Shown here: in pieces, positions 62,028 to 64,000 of the stretch | Numbering within the stretch: the first letter of the stretch is position 1 | Layout of the letters: every line of letters begins with the position of its first letter | Origin: Tagaea sp. | GTDB taxonomy: Bacteria; Pseudomonadota; Alphaproteobacteria; CACIAM-22H2 | Assembly: GCA_965279525.1 (NCBI GenBank) | Contig: CBDIIB010000005.1 | Span: 288,001 to 352,000, forward strand | Direction of reading: 5' to 3' | DNA length: 64,000 nucleotides | Notes under the pieces: generated by a model | Seen by the model: only the letters and a program-made list of their open reading frames with translations | What the model was told of the DNA's origin: nothing | Database searches by the model: none | Made by a program: the position numbers and the translations under genes

Positions 62028-64000
62028 TTGGCGAGTTTATCGACACATGCACGGCCCGGTTGGCAAGACCGGGCCGTTTGCATTTGGGCCGTAGCACTCA
62101 CAGCCACCTCGGCTTTTGCTATAGTTGATGCCAGTGAAGTTGCCGCACATTCCGCCGCGCTAGTTGGATTTCTTTTCCCGTCCAGGACTAGCCAAATTAG
62201 GCGAGTGGTATTGGTGCTCTTGGCAACAATTGGTTGGATGTTCGGTCCAACGTCTCTAATTGCTACAACTACGGGAATGCTTCTGATCGTTGCTATGGCA
62301 GATACAGCCATCGCCTTTGCATTTGCGATATGCACATGCGCATTTCTAGGTCACCACTTTCAGTCAATCGAGAGAATTTCGGGGCTAACTTTTCATATAG
62401 GCTCTTCGCCGTTTATTATTCTTCCTGCAATTGTCGCCTGCACATCTCTCAATTGGCGAATTGGATGGAGTGGCGTTCTCACTATCTTACTAGCCGCTAC
62501 AACTGTGCTCATCGGTATAAATTTGTCGGCAGCAATATGGATCAATCACAACACTTTGACATCTCAATATTTCCGACTGGCGGCTTCCGTGCTGCCGATT
62601 GCTATCGCAGCGCTCGCAGTTAGTTCGGGATCTACGCAATGCTTAAAAATGCCTTCTGTCTTTTGGATGCTCGGCGGCGTGACTATTGGCGCACTAGTCA
62701 CATTTGCTGCGCCCCAGTTTCCAGTCTCCCAGATCGTTTTTGACGAGGCTCATGGTCGCTGGGAAACCGTCAGGGCAACATTCGGTCCTAACGATTTCGG
62801 ACGCAGCGCAAACTACACATATAGCCTTCTAGAAAGGCATGCTGATCGTCTCGTAGGTTCTACTACCCTGGACAATGAGGGGGATTCGTTACCCCCCCAT
62901 GCCCTATTTGTATTGAAAATGCCCACAACGGCACTTTCAGATGAATTTTCCAGCCGACTTTATCAATGGATTTCCGATGGAGGGCGCCTATTGGTAGTGG
63001 CCGACCACACTGACCTCTACGACACTACTCAGAACTTGAATTTGTTTTTGCAGCTACTAGGCGTCAGCATAAATTCGGACGCGGTGTTTGATACGCGCGG
63101 AATGCCGACCGTCCCTGAGACGGAACAGTTCGCCTTTTTTCTGGGCCGCATAGACGCTTACGCAAAACCGCTTCCTTGGCAGACGGGTGCAAGCTTCGGA
63201 AGATTGCCCGCGAACGCCGTGGAGTTAGCGTCCTATGGGCCATCTTTCTCGGAGCCCGGCGACTATTCTCGCCCGAATCGCTTTGGCCCCTTCTTGCCAC
63301 GCTCCACTCTTCGCTTCACAAAACATACGGCAGTTGCGGCCTTCTCTGTTGGGGCGGGAGCAGTTGCCATCATTCTTGACAGCACGCCGTGGTCAAATTT
63401 TTCGATCTTTATTGACCAATATACGCGACTATTCCGATCTATCGTTTTCGCACTAAGCAATCCTATCGCAATAAAAATCTGGGGGTGGGCCGCACTGCTT
63501 CTGCCAATTGCGGGCATAGCTGTTCTGGTTTGGAGAACACGCACGATACTTGTTCTAGGTGGCGCCGTATTAGGTCTTGTCGTTGGTGCAGCTAGCCAGA
63601 TTGGTGCCCTATCTCATTTAATGCCGGTTGAGGGGCGGGATTTTGGATTGAAAGTTCAACTAGGAAACTCCGCTCGACTGGAGTTCTTGAAGCAACTTGT
63701 TGGGTCAGGAGACCGAAATTTTTCGCGAATTATTTCTGCCATGGCGAAGTACGGCCTTAATCCTTCGGCAGAGCTCCCAGGCACTGATGCTCAAACAATT
63801 TCTACCGCGAAGCGATGGCTTTTTATTCAGCCAGAGTTTCGCACTCTTCCAAATATTCAAGTCGTCCTGCGTCACCTCAAGGCTGGTGGCGATCTCACAA
63901 TTCTGTTTGGCCCAGAACAAGGGCAGAGCATGGAAATCGAAACTTGGCTGCGTTCGTTAGGGCTTAATTTGCGAAAGACTGTGGCGTTAGCTGTAGCAGA
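62028..64000 (+). CDS. large multi-pass membrane protein with extracytoplasmic domain (DUF4350/GATase-like), partial
   Basis: Absent from the ORF track because it has no stop in the window. The frame is open from TTG 62028 to the end. Several TM segments precede VFDEAHGRWE, LKMPT, GGRLLVVADHTD and DSTPWSNF. Start uncertain. Confidence 0.75.
   Translation, partial: MASLSTHARPGWQDRAVCIWAVALTATSAFAIVDASEVAAHSAALVGFLFPSRTSQIRRVVLVLLATIGWMFGPTSLIATTTGMLLIVAMADTAIAFAFAICTCAFLGHHFQSIERISGLTFHIGSSPFIILPAIVACTSLNWRIGWSGVLTILLAATTVLIGINLSAAIWINHNTLTSQYFRLAASVLPIAIAALAVSSGSTQCLKMPSVFWMLGGVTIGALVTFAAPQFPVSQIVFDEAHGRWETVRATFGPNDFGRSANYTYSLLERHADRLVGSTTLDNEGDSLPPHALFVLKMPTTALSDEFSSRLYQWISDGGRLLVVADHTDLYDTTQNLNLFLQLLGVSINSDAVFDTRGMPTVPETEQFAFFLGRIDAYAKPLPWQTGASFGRLPANAVELASYGPSFSEPGDYSRPNRFGPFLPRSTLRFTKHTAVAAFSVGAGAVAIILDSTPWSNFSIFIDQYTRLFRSIVFALSNPIAIKIWGWAALLLPIAGIAVLVWRTRTILVLGGAVLGLVVGAASQIGALSHLMPVEGRDFGLKVQLGNSARLEFLKQLVGSGDRNFSRIISAMAKYGLNPSAELPGTDAQTISTAKRWLFIQPEFRTLPNIQVVLRHLKAGGDLTILFGPEQGQSMEIETWLRSLGLNLRKTVALAVA
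62051..62077 (+). terminator. stem-loop downstream of the Cys-repeat gene
   Basis: ACGGCCCGGT-tggcaag-ACCGGGCCGT perfect 10-bp stem followed by TTGCATTT. Confidence 0.55.

Noticed and set aside
62018-63960. Small ORFs listed in the track between 62018 and 63960
   Set aside because: All overlap the single long open + frame encoding the membrane protein.

Overview
High-GC alphaproteobacterial (Rhodospirillales-like) chromosomal window in three parts. (1) 1-27 kb is mostly housekeeping: aspartate aminotransferase, uvrB, SDR-folB, a DnaA-box cluster, uvrC-pgsA-mobB-moeA-moaD-moaE, ilvE, MarR-OmpR-EnvZ-like genes, prfC, a PleC-like kinase, cspA, and hutI-hutU with no hutH. (2) About 27-56 kb is a dense catabolic block, apparently for nitrogenous compounds. 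It holds two ABC systems, two 2OG-Fe(II) oxygenases, two Rieske oxygenase alpha subunits (one frameshifted), MmgE/PrpD, PuuE and ureidoglycolate lyase homologues, a Mo-bisPGD reductase, a 3-His cupin, a HisC-like aminotransferase, a ComDE-like decarboxylase, a soxBDAG-like operon and a D-amino acid dehydrogenase. Several of its operons are preceded by sigma-54-type motifs. (3) 56-64 kb holds tRNA-Val(GAC), N-formylglutamate amidohydrolase and a suhB/MmgR-like sRNA, then an abrupt low-GC segment. That segment encodes a TlpA thioredoxin, a signal-peptide-bearing protein ending in seven GC(S/R)x repeats (a RiPP-like or metal-binding precursor) and a large membrane protein that runs off the window. 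The low-GC locus is the best candidate for an undescribed system. All calls come from motif recognition by eye; no database searches were run.
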